Below are positions 11,641 to 22,201 of a DNA stretch of 64,000 nucleotides, in pieces. The stretch lies in the IMG/VR virus record IMGVR_UViG_3300033145_002422; one strand, written 5' to 3'. This stretch comes from a virus (Duplodnaviria > Caudoviricetes). Under the pieces are notes generated by a model that was not told the origin of the DNA, did not search any database, and worked only from the letters and a program-made list of their open reading frames with translations. The number at the start of each line of letters is the position of its first letter. Position 1 is the first letter of the stretch. The translations under genes were made by a program, and so were the position numbers.

Positions 11641-11690
11641 AATAAATAGTATGTATAATAAAAAAATATTTTACAGAAGGAGAATTTTTA

Positions 11691-12947
11691 ATGAGTAGAT
11701 CAAGTCCTAAAAAGAAAACAGGCGGAATTTCTAATACTGGTTTTATTAGAACTATAAAAGATAAGAATATTAAATGGGAAGAAGGAGAAGAAGCTTTTTT
11801 ATATGCTTGTAGGGAAGATGCTGTTCCGTACAGACTTATAGCAATGGAATTAGGAAGAAGTTCTAGGTCTTGTGAGGCAAAATATAATAATACTAATTGG
11901 AGAAAAACTAGATTTTTTGATTCTGTAAAAAATAAAATGAAAGAATCTATTAAGAGATCTTATAGAGAAAGAGTGGTAAGATTGCAGGAAAAAAAAGTTA
12001 CAGCGGAACATATAAAAGCAGATATTATAGCTGATAGAATAGAGCAATGCGTTAGTTCTCTTCCAACTGTCCAAAAACTAGTTTATAAGATATCTAATAG
12101 AAAAAAACAAATTCATTCCCCAGAAGATGTCGGTCTTATATTAAGTGATGCTCATATAGGACAAGCACATAGTTTGGAAGAAACTGGAGGTTTCGGAGAA
12201 TATAATATAAATGTTTTTAAAGATAGAGTAGAAAATTTAAAAGATGCAACTACTGAAATTGTAGAAAGACATTCACAGATTTATAATTTGCCTAATTTAC
12301 ATATATTTTGTTTGGGAGATATGGTTGCTGGTATGAATCAGGTAGGAAACTGGTCACCAACATATATAAATACACCCATTCTTGATCAAGTTTTAATAGG
12401 ATTTGAAGCTATAGCTGATATGATATATTATTGGCTTGGTCTTTTTGAACAAATTAATTTTTATGGTTTAGGTGGAAATCATGGGCGGGCGGCTAGTAAG
12501 GGAACTGAAAAAGAATATGTTAATTGGGATATAGTAATGTATAAATTTTTAGAAGCTAGGTTTAAGGATAACCCTAGGGTTAAGTTCACTGTTCCTTTGA
12601 CTTGGTGGATTATGACTGAAATAAGAAATCATAATTTTCTTCTTCTTCATGGGGATGATGTTAAAGGAGGGTCTTATCCAATATTGCAATTAACTAAATC
12701 CGAAGATAAGATGATGGGTCTTTTACGTAAAGTTCCTGATTATACTCTAGCTGCTCATTTTCATTCTGCGAGTGAATTTACTACTAATCATGGAAGGGTT
12801 ATAATTAATGGGTCTTTTATAGGATCTGATGTTTATTCTTTAAAAACTCTTCAAAAAGGTAGTAAGCCAGAACAAAAAATATTTGGGATACATGATAAGC
12901 AGGGAATAACATGGACTTATAATCTTAATCTTGGGGTAAAAAGATAA
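11691..12947 (+). CDS. Calcineurin-like metallophosphoesterase with N-terminal Myb/HTH-like domain
   Basis: SDAH, LGD, GNHG, HGD, HFH motifs; N-terminal W...IAMELGRSSRSC. Confidence 0.75.
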   Translation: MSRSSPKKKTGGISNTGFIRTIKDKNIKWEEGEEAFLYACREDAVPYRLIAMELGRSSRSCEAKYNNTNWRKTRFFDSVKNKMKESIKRSYRERVVRLQEKKVTAEHIKADIIADRIEQCVSSLPTVQKLVYKISNRKKQIHSPEDVGLILSDAHIGQAHSLEETGGFGEYNINVFKDRVENLKDATTEIVERHSQIYNLPNLHIFCLGDMVAGMNQVGNWSPTYINTPILDQVLIGFEAIADMIYYWLGLFEQINFYGLGGNHGRAASKGTEKEYVNWDIVMYKFLEARFKDNPRVKFTVPLTWWIMTEIRNHNFLLLHGDDVKGGSYPILQLTKSEDKMMGLLRKVPDYTLAAHFHSASEFTTNHGRVIINGSFIGSDVYSLKTLQKGSKPEQKIFGIHDKQGITWTYNLNLGVKR

Positions 12948-13011
12948 TATTCAAGGATTTTAGTTTTAAAAAAAGTATTATTACATATACCTAATTTGGA
13001 GATTATACGAT

Positions 13012-13482
13012 ATGAAAAAGGTTCCAGAGTGGTTAGCAAGTTTGGCAAAAGATTATGAATGCCCAAAATGCAATTTACCTATAAATATTGATAGGATAAT
13101 AAGTTTGGGAGTGAAGGAAAGCCATAAATACAAAAAAAGAGAGGTAGTATTTTTTGAATATTTTTGTGATAATTGTCAAGATGCATGTATTTTTGAGTTA
13201 GATTTTACTGATTCTGAAGATTTTATACCAAAAATGGTTGATTCTTTATTTGAGAAGCAGGACGATGAACAAATTGATGAACAAATTGATGAAATGGTAG
13301 ATGAATATTATGGTAGAAATAAGGAAAAAATGAAAGAAAAAAGAAGTGGAATAACAGATATAGAGATTAAAAATATGAAAAAGTTTTTATCTAATTGTAA
13401 AAATTGGGAAGCTTTTCTTAAAGAAATAGGATTAACTACAGAACAGATAGAAAAATATTCTGTCGTAGATAAAAAAGAATAA
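13012..13482 (+). CDS. Hypothetical zinc-ribbon protein
   Basis: CPKC and CDNC pairs; SD ggaga. Confidence 0.6.
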   Translation: MKKVPEWLASLAKDYECPKCNLPINIDRIISLGVKESHKYKKREVVFFEYFCDNCQDACIFELDFTDSEDFIPKMVDSLFEKQDDEQIDEQIDEMVDEYYGRNKEKMKEKRSGITDIEIKNMKKFLSNCKNWEAFLKEIGLTTEQIEKYSVVDKKE

Positions 13483-13483
13483 A

Positions 13484-14563
13484 ATGTATAAAATAAGTGA
13501 TTTTATTATTCCATTAAGGGTTCTTGAATCTGCTTGTAAATATAAATGCATGCCATTTATAGATTTACAAGTAGAGTTTGACGATAGGGAATCTCCATGT
13601 TTTGAGGATGGCAGGATATATGTTGGAAAAACTATATCTGCTCCACATACGATGTATAATATAGTTTATATATATTTTGATAGTTTTGAAAAGATAAATG
13701 GAATATCTCTATTTCAGAATGATGCTCAAAAATCAGATGTTTTATTGCTTTTAGCTAATTTTTTAAGAAATTTTTCCTATTCTTCTTATTCTTTTGCTAA
13801 ATCTAAGACAGATTCTCCAGTAGTCAACTATTTATATAGATGGCCTATTCCTTGGCTTATAATGAAGGATTTAATTTGTCCAGTATTTCAGGTTCCTATA
13901 AAAAATTGTAAAATTATATCTTCTTGTTCTCCATTTATAGATATTTCTGTTTTTGTTGACGATTTTTATATGAAACAAAATAATATTGTTAATGGAAATG
14001 CTCCATTTATTTTTGCAAATTCAGATATAGAATATTCTCCTTGTATGAATGCAGGAATACTTATATCCGCTATAAAAGCACATGGGTTAGAGCCTATTGA
14101 AACGATATCAAATATATATAGTTCATCTTTAAGAGATCAACTGCTAGGATTCTCTGAATTATCTTTTTCTGGTGGAAAGAAATCTAAGGATTTTATTTCT
14201 TTGTTACTTACTATGGCTGGTGTAGAAAATAAAAGTAAAGAAATGATGTCTAATTCTAAAAAAGTGGCAGAAGTTTTTGATATAATTAAGGAATCTCAGT
14301 CATTCGATCAGGTTTATGGAAATTGGTGGTATTTAGGTCTTATTGAAAAAATGTTAGAACCAGTTCGCGGTGCTGATTGGTCAACACACCAGAGATTACA
14401 ACCATTTTTAGATGAATTATGGAATAAGATAGAGGTAGAGAGAAAGAAGAGAGGGCGTGAAGGTTTGACTTATGAATCTTTATTAAGAATAAAAGATGGA
14501 GAAAATGATCCTAGTAAAACAGTTGTGTTTGAGAAAATGCTTGCTTCTGATAGAGTATGGTAG
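13484..14563 (+). CDS. Hypothetical protein
   Basis: 359-aa ORF tightly packed with neighbours; no recognised motif. Confidence 0.6.
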   Translation: MYKISDFIIPLRVLESACKYKCMPFIDLQVEFDDRESPCFEDGRIYVGKTISAPHTMYNIVYIYFDSFEKINGISLFQNDAQKSDVLLLLANFLRNFSYSSYSFAKSKTDSPVVNYLYRWPIPWLIMKDLICPVFQVPIKNCKIISSCSPFIDISVFVDDFYMKQNNIVNGNAPFIFANSDIEYSPCMNAGILISAIKAHGLEPIETISNIYSSSLRDQLLGFSELSFSGGKKSKDFISLLLTMAGVENKSKEMMSNSKKVAEVFDIIKESQSFDQVYGNWWYLGLIEKMLEPVRGADWSTHQRLQPFLDELWNKIEVERKKRGREGLTYESLLRIKDGENDPSKTVVFEKMLASDRVW

Positions 14564-14585
14564 TTGAGAAATAATGGAGGATATT

Positions 14586-14756
14586 ATGGATAATAAAGAG
14601 ATCTCAAAAGAAGTTAAAGGTATTATGGTGAAAATGCAGGGAGCGATGAATTTGTTAAAAGATGGTAAACAGATTTTGGTTAATAATAAGCTTCTTGGTA
14701 TACAACAAAAATTAAATATTTTATTGTTAAATTTAAATAAAGAATCTGATAAATGA
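14586..14756 (+). CDS. Small hypothetical protein
   Basis: SD ggagg 5 nt before ATG 14586; ATGA overlap with next gene. Confidence 0.5.
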   Translation: MDNKEISKEVKGIMVKMQGAMNLLKDGKQILVNNKLLGIQQKLNILLLNLNKESDK

Positions 14757-14992
14757 AAATAATACTTACTTCTTCGTTATTAAATAAAAAATCATATGGT
14801 CCATCAGTGGATGACCAACCTAATCTTGTAAATAGAGATACAAAGCAAGAAGGGGATGTTCTTTTTTTAAAAGATCCATGTCCAGAATCAGAAAAAGAAG
14901 TTAAAAAAAGATGGTTTAAAAAACGCAAATCAGTTAAAGATGATTCAGTTAAAGATGATATAGTAGAAGAAATGCCAAAGGAAAGTTTATAA
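14753..14992 (+). CDS. Small hypothetical protein
   Basis: Translationally coupled ORF; 15-bp tandem duplication near 3' end. Confidence 0.5.
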   Translation: MKIILTSSLLNKKSYGPSVDDQPNLVNRDTKQEGDVLFLKDPCPESEKEVKKRWFKKRKSVKDDSVKDDIVEEMPKESL

Positions 14993-14994
14993 TA

Positions 14995-17985
14995 ATGACA
15001 AATCAGCCAATCGAATTACTGGTAACAAATACAGTAACTTATATCCGTGGGAAATTAGATAAAGGGATATACCAATTGTTTAAAAAGCATTTGGGATATA
15101 AAACTGATGATGCCATTTTTAGAATCAAAAGTTTTTCTCAAGATGAAAAAAATAGTTGGGCATCTAAATGGGATGGAGTTATATCTACTGTATGTTTTAA
15201 TAAAACATGGTGTAAATGTGCTATAAAAAGAGATGGAACACATTTTCCTACTGGTTTGCTAAGTTTGGCAAGAGAGTTTTTTGATGCTAATGGAATACCA
15301 TATAAAAGGATAGACAGAAGAGAGGTAGTAGGAAAAAACATTCAATTAGAAATGTCTGATGATTTTGAACAGAGAGATTATCAATTAGACATAGTTAATA
15401 AGGCTGTTTCTCAACAGAGAGGAATCATAAAGTTAGCAACCGGTGGTGGAAAAACCAGCGTTGCTGCAAATATTATTAAAGAATTATCTGTTTCTCCTTT
15501 CATATTTTATGTTCCATCTATAGATTTGTTACAACAAGCTCATGATGAATTATCTAGATTTATTAAATGTTCTGGTTTTAATTTAGAAGTTGGAATTATA
15601 GGAAACATGAAGTGTGATATTAAAGATGTGAATATTATGACTGTTCAAACTGCTGTGAGAGCATTAGGAGAAAAATGGAAAAAGTTTGATAAAGAAGAAC
15701 ATTCAGAAAGTAAAGTTTCTGAGTTGGATGACAATGCTAAGAAGCTTGTTAAAGATTTAATAATGTCTTCTAAGGGTATGATCTGTGATGAAGTACAGCA
15801 TTGGGCATCCGAAACATGTCAAATAATCTCTGATTATTCCATGTCTGCAAAATACAGATATGGCATGAGCGCGACTCCTTTCAGAGATAAGGGAGATGAT
15901 ATATTAATAAATGCTTGTTTCGGGAAAGTTATTGCTGATGTAAATGCATCATTTTTGATAGACAGGGGTTATTTAGTTCCGCCTACAATTTATTTTGTAA
16001 AGATAGATAATATGAAAGGAACAGCTTTCCCAACATATGAAAAGGCGTATAAAAGTGCTATAGTTGAAAACGGTTTAAGAAATAGTTATATAGCTAATAT
16101 AGCAAATGGAATGAAAGAACAGGGAAAGGTTATATTGATTTTGTGTAGGCATATTGCTCATGGTAAAATGTTAAGCGATATGATAGAAGGAAGTGAATTT
16201 TTGCATGGTTCATGGACTGGAAAGAAAAGAAAAAAGCATTTGGATAAAATGAGGAACAGGGAAGCTTCTGTGACCATTGCTTCGTCTCTTCCTTATGGAG
16301 AATGGATTTATATACGAGATAGATTTGGATTTATAAGACAAATTGAAATAGGCGATTTTTGTGAAAATTATAGTAACTATACTAAAGATGATACTTTTGA
16401 GACCTTATGTTCTTTAGATGGGAAAACAACGACATGGAGGCCAATAATTCAAGTTCATAAACATTTAAGAAAAAATAATGTTTTTAGAGTTATTACTGAT
16501 AAAAAAGACGAAGTGTATGTCACTGAGAACCATTCGCTGGTTGATGAAAACCTTAATCAAACACTTCCTCAAATCGACAATAGAGCATCTTGTCCTGTCT
16601 TTGAAAATTTTTCAAATACAGATAGTGTAGAATATTTAGATTTATTAGATTTATTTAGCAAAATTGATGACGATACAATGGAAGTTGAAATATTAGGTAT
16701 TTCGCAGGGAAAAAGCAGAACTTTGAAGAGTGATGCTAAATATATTGATGATAAGAAAAATGTTTGCAAAGATACCAGAATACAATGTAAAAAGAGGTTG
16801 TCTAATGTTGAAGATATTAAATTATATAGAGAGGCAATTCGTGAACTTTTTAACAATTTTTCTTATTATAAATATAAATATAGAGCAAAATTAAAATCTG
16901 TATGTAATCTTAAAAATATTTTTAAATATTTTGATGCAAGAATATATATACGAAGAAGTAGAAAGAATTTTTCTTTGCCTATAACCCTTCCAATTACTGA
17001 GTCTCTTGCTATTATTTCTGGGTTGATGATTGCTGAGGGGCATATTAAATATGAAACAAGTCTCAAATCTAAATCTCAATACCATTTTACTTTTACATCT
17101 TTGGTTGGTAATAAAACGGACGGACGACATGATATAGATAAAAGGAATATTAGAAAGATTTTCTGTAGTAATTTTAAATCTGTTTTTGGAAATGTATATA
17201 TTTGGAAAAATAATAAACAAATAAATTGTCACTCTAAATTATTATATTATTTGTTTAAATCATTGAGCCATATAACATCTGATGGGGAAAAAAGAATACC
17301 AGATTATATTTTTAACTCTGATAGAAAAATTCAAGAAGCATTTTTATGGGGGTTTTATTTAGGAGATGGGAGTAAAAAGCTAGATTACAGAGATGGGAAG
17401 ACCAAAAGCAATTCATATTCTTCAATAATTATGATTAATACTAGCAGGCCATTTATATGTGGTTTAACAATTTTGTTGAAGATGATGAACTTGAGATATT
17501 ATATCTATAAGAAAAAGTCCAGAAATAATAATGCGGAATGTTATTATGTAAATATCATAGATGAATTCTATGGAATGGTTCCTACTAGATTATTAGATAA
17601 GGTTGGATCGGTTGGATGTGATAGAATACAATTAGAAGTCGATAAATTGTCAAATCAAGAAAATTTTGAATATGTATATGATATATCGGTAGATGGTGCT
17701 CATAATTTTATTGCTGGTATCGGTGGAGTTTTATGTCATAATACTATATTCGATGAAGGGATCGATTGCCGCCCCTTGGATACCCTTATCCTTGCCGGAA
17801 GCGGTATAAGCCAAACCAGAGCGTTACAGAGGGTTGGTAGGACTCTCAGACCATATCCAGGTAAAACAGACGCTACAATTATAGATTTTGAAGATAATTG
17901 CAAATACATGTTAAGACATAGTAGAAAAAGAAAAAAGATTTATCAAACTGAACCACGTTTTAATATAAAGTATTTGGATATATAA
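14995..17985 (+). CDS. SF2 (UvsW/XPB-like) helicase with intein
   Basis: QRDYQ, ATGGGKT, DEVQH, SATP, DEGID, QRVGR motifs. Confidence 0.9.
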   Translation: MTNQPIELLVTNTVTYIRGKLDKGIYQLFKKHLGYKTDDAIFRIKSFSQDEKNSWASKWDGVISTVCFNKTWCKCAIKRDGTHFPTGLLSLAREFFDANGIPYKRIDRREVVGKNIQLEMSDDFEQRDYQLDIVNKAVSQQRGIIKLATGGGKTSVAANIIKELSVSPFIFYVPSIDLLQQAHDELSRFIKCSGFNLEVGIIGNMKCDIKDVNIMTVQTAVRALGEKWKKFDKEEHSESKVSELDDNAKKLVKDLIMSSKGMICDEVQHWASETCQIISDYSMSAKYRYGMSATPFRDKGDDILINACFGKVIADVNASFLIDRGYLVPPTIYFVKIDNMKGTAFPTYEKAYKSAIVENGLRNSYIANIANGMKEQGKVILILCRHIAHGKMLSDMIEGSEFLHGSWTGKKRKKHLDKMRNREASVTIASSLPYGEWIYIRDRFGFIRQIEIGDFCENYSNYTKDDTFETLCSLDGKTTTWRPIIQVHKHLRKNNVFRVITDKKDEVYVTENHSLVDENLNQTLPQIDNRASCPVFENFSNTDSVEYLDLLDLFSKIDDDTMEVEILGISQGKSRTLKSDAKYIDDKKNVCKDTRIQCKKRLSNVEDIKLYREAIRELFNNFSYYKYKYRAKLKSVCNLKNIFKYFDARIYIRRSRKNFSLPITLPITESLAIISGLMIAEGHIKYETSLKSKSQYHFTFTSLVGNKTDGRHDIDKRNIRKIFCSNFKSVFGNVYIWKNNKQINCHSKLLYYLFKSLSHITSDGEKRIPDYIFNSDRKIQEAFLWGFYLGDGSKKLDYRDGKTKSNSYSSIIMINTSRPFICGLTILLKMMNLRYYIYKKKSRNNNAECYYVNIIDEFYGMVPTRLLDKVGSVGCDRIQLEVDKLSNQENFEYVYDISVDGAHNFIAGIGGVLCHNTIFDEGIDCRPLDTLILAGSGISQTRALQRVGRTLRPYPGKTDATIIDFEDNCKYMLRHSRKRKKIYQTEPRFNIKYLDI
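16285..17742 (+). mobile_element. Intein (486 aa, Ser1, LAGLIDADG endonuclease) in SF2 helicase
   Basis: TIAS|SLPYGEW...VTENH...YVYDISV...LCHN|TIFDEGID; GLMIAEG and GFYLGDG motifs. Confidence 0.9.
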
Positions 17986-17986
17986 A

Positions 17987-19144
17987 ATGAAAAAAAATAA
18001 GATCTATTCTCCAATAGAATTGGATTTTGATAGCGGAGAGTGTAAAGAGACATTTGAATCAAAACTTTCTTATGTGTGTAACCAAGTTAGATACATAAAA
18101 AATCCATATATTGGAAACAAATCTAAAATATTAAAATATATTATAAGAACAATAGAAGAGGAAGGTATAAAATACAATTCTGTTCTTGATTTATTTAGCG
18201 GTAGTGGATGTCTATCATTAGTAATGAAATTAATGGGGAAGAGGGTAGTTGCTAACGATTTATTGGCTAGCTCTTATGTTTATACGCATGCTTTTGTTGA
18301 AAATAATACAGAAGAATTGACAGAAGAAGAAAAAGAGTATCTATTAACAAATAGAAGTGAAAAAGAAGGTTTTGTACTTTGGAATGATGATGGAACAGAA
18401 GATATTAACAAATTTACAAATGAAGAATTGAATTTTCTGATGGATTATCGTGAGAATGCTAATTTTTTGTTTTATGGTCTTCCAAATTCTGGTAATCTAT
18501 ACAATCCATATAAACTTTCTTTGGCTTTAGCTTGTTTACAACTTTATGTTATGGACAGGGTTTTTGTTGGCGGTAGATTATATAGCGGACAAATTATAGC
18601 AAGATTAGACCATAGGTTAGAACATCAAAGAAATCAAGGTAATGAAATGAATTTTGAAAAAATACGTTGGTATGATTTCAGAATAAAAGATGATAAGAAT
18701 CAGCATAAGGCGTATAAAGAAGACGCTTATAATTTACTTACATTATATCCAGAAAGGGTTAATGGATGTGAATTGGCATATATAGACCCTCCATACGGAG
18801 GAGAACAAAGCAATTATTTTAAGATGTATGATTTTTTTAATTATTATAGTTCAAGCGGCGCATCTGACAGTCATTTTGAAGTTTTTAATGAAGGTGTGGA
18901 TAGATTTATAAAATCAGATAATTATAAAGATAATTTTATAAAATTATTGGAAGCGCTGCACGAAACAGATATACCAACTTGGGTAATAAGTTATAATGAT
19001 TCTAGTTGGGCAGATATAGAAACCATAAAAAATATTTTATCTAATTTTAAAAACAATGTGAAAGTTTATGACTTAGACTATAAATATAAGTATAGGGACG
19101 TAAAAAAAAGTTCTGGTACAGAATATCTTATTATTTCTAGATAA
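17987..19144 (+). CDS. DNA adenine methyltransferase (D12/Dam-like, alpha class)
   Basis: YIGNKSK, DLFSGSG, YIDPPY, ISYN. Confidence 0.85.
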   Translation: MKKNKIYSPIELDFDSGECKETFESKLSYVCNQVRYIKNPYIGNKSKILKYIIRTIEEEGIKYNSVLDLFSGSGCLSLVMKLMGKRVVANDLLASSYVYTHAFVENNTEELTEEEKEYLLTNRSEKEGFVLWNDDGTEDINKFTNEELNFLMDYRENANFLFYGLPNSGNLYNPYKLSLALACLQLYVMDRVFVGGRLYSGQIIARLDHRLEHQRNQGNEMNFEKIRWYDFRIKDDKNQHKAYKEDAYNLLTLYPERVNGCELAYIDPPYGGEQSNYFKMYDFFNYYSSSGASDSHFEVFNEGVDRFIKSDNYKDNFIKLLEALHETDIPTWVISYNDSSWADIETIKNILSNFKNNVKVYDLDYKYKYRDVKKSSGTEYLIISR

Positions 19145-19158
19145 AGGAAGATATAAGC

Positions 19159-20010
19159 ATGGGGAAAAAAATTGAATCTATTTTGAAAAAAGCAGTTAAG
19201 AAGTCTAACTCTGAAATTAATGATAATCTTAAAATAGAGCCAGTAGAGTTGACAGGTAAGAAAATTCCAAAAGAAAGAATTGGATATAATAAAATAAGAA
19301 GCAATAATTTTTATATCATTAAAGAGAATATACTAGATTGGTCAAATAAAGATTTTGCTTTGTATACTTCTAAGAAATTTTCTGAAAAATATAGTGAATA
19401 TTGGGATGTGAGAATTATGGGAGTTACAACATATATTGGCAGAATTAAAGAAAGCCTATTTGATGCAATAGGTTTTTGCGACAACATAACCTTAAAAAAC
19501 TATATAGATTTCTTTTTTGATAATTATATAGATCAAATTAAAAGTGAAACTGGAGGTATGTTTTTTATTAAGAGTTTGAGAAGGTCTTATATTATAGAGG
19601 CTTTTTTTGAAAACTATAAGTATTCTCCATCTCTTCCTATTAAGTTAATTGTTATTGATAAAGGAAGTATTAAGGAATTAGATTTGGAAAAATCATATCT
19701 TATTGGTAATGAGTCCATGGTACTTAAATATGGGATTGTTTTGCCAATAAATTATTTAATTATTAAAAAGTTATATAGTAAAGAAAAAGCAATTGATGTA
19801 ATTGGTTCTGCTGTAAGAAATATAAAAAATGTGTCTGGTTTGGGAGTTATAATTAATAGAACTGCTGATTTCTCTCCTTATCCAAAAAGATTTCCATTTA
19901 ATGATTTTAATGAGGTTGTTTCTATTTTGGGAAAATCAGATTTAATAAAAAAGAATATATTTAAAAAAACGAAATTATATGAGTTTTTAAGGAGTAAAGA
20001 AAGAATATGA
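19159..20010 (+). CDS. Hypothetical protein in replication operon
   Basis: 283-aa ORF, SD aagga, coupled to infC. Confidence 0.6.
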   Translation: MGKKIESILKKAVKKSNSEINDNLKIEPVELTGKKIPKERIGYNKIRSNNFYIIKENILDWSNKDFALYTSKKFSEKYSEYWDVRIMGVTTYIGRIKESLFDAIGFCDNITLKNYIDFFFDNYIDQIKSETGGMFFIKSLRRSYIIEAFFENYKYSPSLPIKLIVIDKGSIKELDLEKSYLIGNESMVLKYGIVLPINYLIIKKLYSKEKAIDVIGSAVRNIKNVSGLGVIINRTADFSPYPKRFPFNDFNEVVSILGKSDLIKKNIFKKTKLYEFLRSKERI

Positions 20011-20504
20011 AAGATTATGTAGTTAATAGACAAATAAGAAAACCTTTTGTTTTTCTTGTTATGCCAGATGGTAGTAAAAAGGAAAGGGTCAAGATAGAAG
20101 AGGCTATATCAATTGCTGAAGAAATGGGATTAGATGTTATTCAGGTTTCAGAAAATACAGGTTCTGTACTTCCAGTGTGTAAAATAGCTGATCTTGGTAA
20201 AATAAAATATCTTGAATCAAAAAATAAAAAAGTTTCTCATGATACTGAAAAAGAAATAAAAATAAGATATAATATATTTAAAAATGATTTAAATGTTAAA
20301 TTAAAAAAGATAGAAGAATTTTTACTTAAAGGGTATAGGGTAAAAATATTAATAGACTATAGGAAGGCGAGATCTCTTAGAATAAATGAAAAAATAAATC
20401 ATTTTAATAATATTATAAGTAAATTTGAAGAGTATTCAGCCTCATCAAGAACAGATGTAAGGGGAACATTCATATCTATAGTTTTAATGCCAAAGAAAAA
20501 TTAA
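20007..20504 (+). CDS. infC: Translation initiation factor IF-3
   Basis: VNRQIR..VFLV..DG...EEAISIAEEMGLDVIQVS...PVCKIADLGKIKY; KEIKIR...DLNVK...FLLKGYRVK. Confidence 0.9.
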   Translation: MKDYVVNRQIRKPFVFLVMPDGSKKERVKIEEAISIAEEMGLDVIQVSENTGSVLPVCKIADLGKIKYLESKNKKVSHDTEKEIKIRYNIFKNDLNVKLKKIEEFLLKGYRVKILIDYRKARSLRINEKINHFNNIISKFEEYSASSRTDVRGTFISIVLMPKKN

Positions 20505-20515
20505 TTGGAGAAAAT

Positions 20516-22201
20516 ATGGCTGTTAAGAAGAGAAATTTTGTTGAATCTGTTAATGAACAGAAGAAGCATGAAGAAACATTGCAGATAATGGCTACTCCGC
20601 AGTTTTTTACTGAATTTTCTTCTCTATTAAAAAGTAGAACTTCATTGATATATCTTACATGTAATGAAGAAAAAAGAATGCTATCATATTTTGAACATTT
20701 GACATGTGCTAGGGGATATAAAACATATGTTTGGGATTGTTTTAGAGGATTGTATGATTTGGTTTCTGGAGAAAAGTCAGAGATAGTAACAGAAGATGTA
20801 ACAGAAGTTAATGTCATATTAGATAAGATTATAGAACAGTCTGAAATAGCGATACAAAATGCCCAATCAATGATTAATAGCGGAGTTTCTGGCATTATAT
20901 TTATATTGTTGGATTTTCACAGATTTATAGAAGATGCCACGCCGGATATAGAAAGAAGATTGAAGAGAATATCTCAATTAGAGTCTATGATTAATGTAGT
21001 CGTTGTTGCGCCTCATTATGTATCTACTCCATCATTGGAAAACGAATTTTCTCTAGTTGATTTCCCATATCCAAATAGAGAAGAGATATCTATAGAGTTG
21101 GATAGTATTGTAGAAAAAGTATCCAGCAAACAGGGAAAATTACCGAATTTAAAAAAGGAAGTGAAAGAAGGTAGAGATTCTATTATACAGGCTGTTAATG
21201 GGTTAACTTGTAAAGAAATACAAAAGGCGTTTTCTAAATCTTTGGTAATTCATAGAAAGTTTGATATCCCTACTATATTAAGAGAAAAACAACAGATTAT
21301 AAAGAAACATGAGGTTTTAGAATATTATGAACCTGAAATAACTCTTAATGATATTGGTGGTTTGGACGTAATGATTCAATGGTTACTGTCTAGAAAAGAT
21401 GATTTTACTCAAAGAGCAAGAGATTTTAATATACCATTTCCTAAAGGGTTATTAGTTTTCGGGTTTCCGGGTGTTGGTAAAAGTTTAACTGCAAAAGCAA
21501 CTTCTAGTTTATTTAATTTACCATTATTGAGATTGGATTTTGGAAAATTATTTCATGCCCATATGGGAGCTTCAGAAAGTAAATCCAGGGAAGTTATTAA
21601 GCTTGCAGAAGCGTGTTCTCCTTCGATTCTTTGGATAGATGAAGTTGAGAAGGGGATATCAGGTATTAAATCAAGTGCTGAAACTGATGGCGGAACTACT
21701 GCCAGAGTTGTTTCTACATTTCTTACTTGGATGCAAGAAAAGAATTCTCCAGTATTTATGTTTTGTACTGCTAATGACCATTCTAAAATTCCTCCTGAAT
21801 TTATGAGAAGATTTGATGAAGTGTTTTTCGTTGATTTACCTAATATATATGAAAGGGTACAGATTTATAAAGTTCTTTTGAAAAAATATGATAGGGAGCC
21901 AGAAAAATATAAGATTGATTTAATGAAAATTGCTAGTAAGAGTGATGGCTATTCTGGTTCAGAAATAGAGAAATCTATTAATGAAGCGATACATATCTGT
22001 TTTAACGACGGATGCAGGGATATAACAACAAATGATATTGTTTATGCATTGGGAAGTTTTCATTCATTATATAGAATGAGGGAAAGTGAATTTTCCGATA
22101 TGAGGGAATGGGCAAAGGGTACGTGTAGATTTGCTAATTCTAAATCTGATGGGAATTGTAAGGCTGATGATAACTCGAAATATGAGAACTTAATTTTATG
22201 A
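20516..22201 (+). CDS. AAA+ ATPase, Ycf46-like
   Basis: DIGGLD, GFPGVGKS, LRLDFG, LWIDEVEK, TAN..PPEFMR.FDEVFFVDLP; degenerate N-terminal AAA domain. Confidence 0.85.
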   Translation: MAVKKRNFVESVNEQKKHEETLQIMATPQFFTEFSSLLKSRTSLIYLTCNEEKRMLSYFEHLTCARGYKTYVWDCFRGLYDLVSGEKSEIVTEDVTEVNVILDKIIEQSEIAIQNAQSMINSGVSGIIFILLDFHRFIEDATPDIERRLKRISQLESMINVVVVAPHYVSTPSLENEFSLVDFPYPNREEISIELDSIVEKVSSKQGKLPNLKKEVKEGRDSIIQAVNGLTCKEIQKAFSKSLVIHRKFDIPTILREKQQIIKKHEVLEYYEPEITLNDIGGLDVMIQWLLSRKDDFTQRARDFNIPFPKGLLVFGFPGVGKSLTAKATSSLFNLPLLRLDFGKLFHAHMGASESKSREVIKLAEACSPSILWIDEVEKGISGIKSSAETDGGTTARVVSTFLTWMQEKNSPVFMFCTANDHSKIPPEFMRRFDEVFFVDLPNIYERVQIYKVLLKKYDREPEKYKIDLMKIASKSDGYSGSEIEKSINEAIHICFNDGCRDITTNDIVYALGSFHSLYRMRESEFSDMREWAKGTCRFANSKSDGNCKADDNSKYENLIL

